Below are positions 57,695 through 64,000 of a stretch of DNA of 64,000 bases, piece by piece; position 1 is the stretch's first letter; each line of letters opens with the position of its first letter. A program made the translations under genes and the position numbers. The notes under the pieces are model-generated. The model saw only the letters and a program-made list of their open reading frames with translations, had not been told where the DNA came from and ran no database searches. The stretch is taken from assembly GCF_009914755.1 (NCBI RefSeq), contig NC_060930.1, one strand, 5' to 3'. The DNA is from the human T2T-CHM13v2.0 reference genome, Homo sapiens.

Positions 57695-57959
57695 TAGCTA
57701 GTTGTTACAATAGAATTAACAGCTTTTGTGAGAAAAATAGTGTATATTATTAACAAAAATTAAAATTGTATATTATCAATTTTATCTTTCTTTTTTATAA
57801 TTTTATTATTATGTATGCTTTGGAAGGAATATAAATATCAATAGAGAAATACATGTATGGAAAGCGGCATCCTCTTTTTTTAAATTGATGAGGTTTTTGA
57901 TCAAATAAAGTCCTGATCAATTAGGTAATGGATAGGGCATTCCAACCACAAGCATCCTC

Positions 57960-59520
<1,561 letters not shown>

Positions 59521-60829
59521 ATTATTAGGATGTATGTAAGCTATTCCATTCTAGGCTCGCTTAACATTTTTCTATAAAACATGCTTCTATGAGCATTCTA
59601 ATATAATCATTATTTTGCTTTTTGTAATTGTATTTTAAAATTAATTTCTAGTGATTGGATGTTTATAAACATTTTTCTCTGTAGATAAATATTACCCAGT
59701 TGCAACCTCGAAAGTCTGTAACCGTTTACACATTACCAAGTGTGCCTCGGCTCCTTTCCACACATTCATGCCTACAATAACTTTTGTGAATCTTTTAATA
59801 CCAGTGACCTGAAAGAGAAATAATGATTTATTGTTTCATTAGCATTGTTGATAGTAGATTTGAATTTTTTAATATTAGTATGGTATGTGAACTGCCTTTT
59901 ACATCTTTATATTCACTTTTGTTTATTGTTATTTAGTAATTCCTTATACATTCAGGATATTTATAGTCTGTTTGCTCTATATTATGTAAATATTCCCCTT
60001 GTGTAGAGTTAGTCTTTCTTCCACATTTATGTAGTTTGGGTTTTTTTGGAATAAGGAAGCTTTTTATTTTATAAATTTAATTTTTTCACTTTGTAAAGTT
60101 TCAGTTTCACATTTTTATGTGGTTTCTTTAAATGGTTTTATTGTTAATGTTTTACTTTTTACTATTTTTCTTCATATTCAATTTATGTTGGTATATGTAA
60201 CAGTAGAAAAATTCAAATCAGTTTTGTTTTAATTTTTGAAATAATTGACCAGTTTCTTTACAATATACCAGCATTAAGGTAATAATAATAATAGTTATGA
60301 TTTACTGAAAGATTGATCTCAGCCAGTCATTTTGCTAAATTCTTTATATGCCATAGCTCAATTAATCTTCACATCATACCTCAAGGTTGTGATAAAACCT
60401 ATTTTTTGTAACAAAGGACAAATGTTCAATGTTTTAAGTTGACCATGGAATCACCTCTCATTTATAACTTATCCAAGAGGCAGAGTCCTGAGTTTATAAC
60501 CCACAATTCTGTGCTTCACATCAATAGGGCATAAACGCTTCACATCGATACGGCTCCTAAAATAATAAATGCTTGAGCAACATGTTCTTGTGATGAACAT
60601 TCTCCCTATTATCACTGTGGTTGTCAACGGCGAGTATTCAATCCAATACTACAGAACCTCACATGATTTGACATCAGCCTCTTTCAAATTTCCTTAAGCC
60701 TCCCATCCCCCAAAATTTGTCACAGAGTCATCATCACCACAGGACGGGTGGAATCTGGCTCCACTGCCTGAACTGAGACAAAAGGCAGAAAGAGGACAAA
60801 GAATATGTTTCCTTCCACATAAAACAAAA

Positions 60830-63800
60830 AATAGAACCCCAAAATATTGGAAACAAATGCTTAGAAAATGATATACCAAAAGAAAGCTGGAATAGTAACA
60901 TTTTCTAAAAAAATAGAACCTAAAGAAAAAAAATCATCAAGGAAAAAGGATAATAATACAGTAAAAAGATGTAACTCTCTAACATAGGCACATGGAACAA
61001 CTGAACCTCAAAAAAATTTTGATGAAATAAAAGACAGAAATGAAGAGTGAACGAGATAGATGTACAACAGATAAAGTAAATGAGAGATTAAGCATATGAA
61101 AAATAAGCAGTGAGAGAAATAATTTGAACAAAACAAATAAAAACTCAAGCTATTTGGCATATAAAGAGAGGTGTTATAACAAAAAACAAAGCATACTTTT
61201 TTTTAGCACACAGGAAGCATTTCCAAAGTAGAACATGTTTCATACCACAAAGTAAAGGAAACCACAACCAATTCCAAATAAAGACTATCAATCTCGAACA
61301 AAATACAATGAAATTATTAATTAAAAGCAAAAGGATAGCAAATAAAATCTTATATGATCACTAAATAAACAAAATTAATAGCTACTGGATTTAAAAAGAA
61401 ATACATTATAATTAGATCTGAGGAATAATGAAAATGCTACATGGCAAAAGTTATAGGAAACAGTTAAAAATACTTAGAAAAAAATAATAGTTTAAAACAC
61501 ATTTATCAAGAAGCAAAGTATTAAACATGGCTGCCGATTCAACATAGGAGGCTGGAAAAGTAGCAAGAGAGAAAACAGACAAACAAGAAAATAAACGAGA
61601 CTGAATCAGAAAAAATAAAAGAAACAAAACATAGAGAATATTAACAAAACCAAATTCTAGCTTCTTTTCAAAAAAATTCCATGTTTAGTAGGTCATCCAG
61701 GAGCACTCTAACAAATTTTTAAGAAGATGTTAAACCTACTTTTAGAAAATTATCTCAGAAAACAGAAATAGCAAAATTTATGTAACTCATTTTCGGAAGC
61801 TAATGTTATCTTAAATCTAAAATGAATAAGTCTATGGGCTCATTTTAATTATGATTAAATGTAAAAATCCTAAATATAATATCAAATTCCTACATTGTAT
61901 TTCAAAAAGTATATACTTTTTGAAAATACATATATTTATATGAATATATATATTTATATGAAAAAAATGTATATATAATACATATATTTATATGAAAGGA
62001 TCCTCCAACATTTGAAAAATCTTTAAAGTTAACTCACATAAACACACTAAAGAAAGTAAATCACATTATTATCTTAATAAGCTCAATACCTATTTATTCG
62101 GAAAACTCCTAGAAAGCAAAGAATAGTTGGGAACTTCCTTAGTTGAGTAAAGGTTAAACACCAAAATTTAGTACATAATATATTAACAAGGAACTTTAGA
62201 TGATTTTCTTTATGACTAGGAATAAGACAAGGATTTCCACTATTGCTTGATATAATACTGAAGGCTCTAGCCTGTAATAAAAAGGTAAGAAAAAACATTT
62301 GTGGTAAGAAAGAGACACAACTTGATGTTTCTGACATTAATGTCTATTTAAGAAAACCAGTGAAATAAAAAATATAAACTATTAGAATTAACAAGGGAAT
62401 TTATAAATATTACTAATCGTATTTAACTGCATTTCTTCACTTCAGAGACAATCAATGGGAAAACAGACAAAATACGATCTCAATATAGCAATATATATAT
62501 ACACATGATATAAGTATGTGTGTGTGCATTCTAGGAACTAGCCTAGGATACATAAGAACTCTATAGAGACACTTTTTTAAACTGTGATAAATTATGTAGA
62601 AGATATTTTATTCTCTTGTTTAAATGAGAGATAAACTATGCTCATGGATAAAAAGACTTTACTATTAAAAAATTGAAGTCATAATTTAAAACATTTCTAT
62701 ATTAGAAATCTCAGCTCAGGAGGCCTTCATTGAAAATTCTACTAAATATTTAAATAAGCGATAACACCAAAGTTACATAAAATCTTTAGGAAAATAACAA
62801 AAGACTCTAACCAAGAAGTTCCGTAAGTTCAACTAACTTGATAATAAAGCCTGGCTAGGATATTACAAAAAAATAAAAACTATAAGCCAATATTATTCCC
62901 TAAAAGAGATACAAACATTCTAACAAAAAAAAATAGTAAGCCAAATTCAGTGAAATATGACCCCATTGGTTGTGTTCCACAATTAAAAGCATGTTTAACA
63001 CTTTTTAATGTAAAAAAAACTATGTAATTATCATAAAAGTTACAAAAAGAATATTTGATAAATGTCAAATATATATTCAAGTTTTTAAAACCTGTTAGAA
63101 AACTAGAACTAATTTAACCTAAAACAAACATCATGAATGGTGGATTACTGAAAATTGCTCTCAGTGGTCATGAATGAAATACAGAGATCTTTTTTTTATC
63201 ATTACCTCTATTCAGTATTATAGTAGAAGCAAAATCCATCAATATTCACAGACAATGCAAATGTACACATAACATATACAAAATGTTAAAGATATATTCT
63301 TAAAATTCAATAAGTACAACAAAGAGAAAATGATTTTAAAAATACCATTTAAAATGGCATGAAAAAATCAAATAACTAAGAATAAATCTGAAAAAATACA
63401 AGATCTGTACAAAAAATTATAAAATGTTATTGACAGAAATGAAATAGACTTAAATAACTAGAGAGCTATACCAGATTAGTGGGTCAGAAGACTTAATTTA
63501 AAATGATGCCAATTTTCTCCAAACCAAAGCACAGCTAATCAAAATTCCAGGAGGACTTTTGAGGAAGTTGATAAGTTAATTCTAAAATGCATGTGAAAAT
63601 TCAAAGTGCTAAACTTAAAGAGGAATAATAAATTGAGAGAACTTGTTCTAAAGCAGTAGTTATCAAATTTGGCTGTGTGTTATAATCATCAGGAAGATTT
63701 TCAAAAACTGATGGTGATGCCTTACCTTTTACATAATTAAATCTTTACCTCTTGAGGAGAAACCTATGCATTTATATTTTAAAATCAATCCAGGTATTTT

Positions 63801-64000
63801 TATTTCACAACCAAGTTTGAGAACCATGGCTCTGTAGCATATTATTAAATATAATCTAATAGAAAGTATATATTAGATATTGCATATCCACATTATTTAA
63901 GACAGGAAAAATTGATGTAAGGATAGCAAGTAGATGAATAGAACAGCATAAAAGGGAAAAGACCCAGGCATGTATGGACACTATTTCTGAGTAAGGTTAA
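60830..64000 (+). mobile_element. Highly degraded old L1M ORF2 remnants, with a MER5-like insert at ~63652-63830
   Basis: A-rich; gactaggaataagacaaggatttccactatt (RT motif remnant); ttctaaaatgcatgtgaaa. Confidence 0.65.
61928..61997. repeat. Three copies of ta(c/t)atatatttatatgaa
   Basis: Directly visible 18-mer repeats. Confidence 0.8.

Overview
Human-type (primate), AT-rich, repeat-dense genomic DNA. The only host protein-coding sequence I can support is one 159-bp internal exon on the minus strand (21990-22148). It translates as (G)[52 protein letters not shown](G), which I recognise from memory as the N-terminal CABIT1 region of THEMIS (about residues 31-84, second coding exon). The rest is interpreted as THEMIS intron 2 (1-21989) and intron 1 (22149-64000), filled with Alu, L1, L2, MIR, LTR (MLT1, MER21) and DNA-transposon (Tigger, MER1/3/5/33/47/58) fossils. 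Repeat subfamily names come from recalled consensus sequences and need RepeatMasker/Dfam confirmation. I found no new multi-gene system. The most unusual structures are four. (1) A young L1PA with a 43-bp twin-priming inversion sits antiparallel inside an older L1PB at almost the homologous position, making a ~1.2-kb-arm inverted repeat. (2) A 214-bp piece of an ancient MER47A is duplicated 1.47 kb away at 99% identity. (3) Two L1MC1-like fragments 11 kb apart abut exactly in consensus coordinates but lie in reversed order. (4) A small CpG-rich patch in a repeat-poor part of intron 1 may be an enhancer or alternative promoter.
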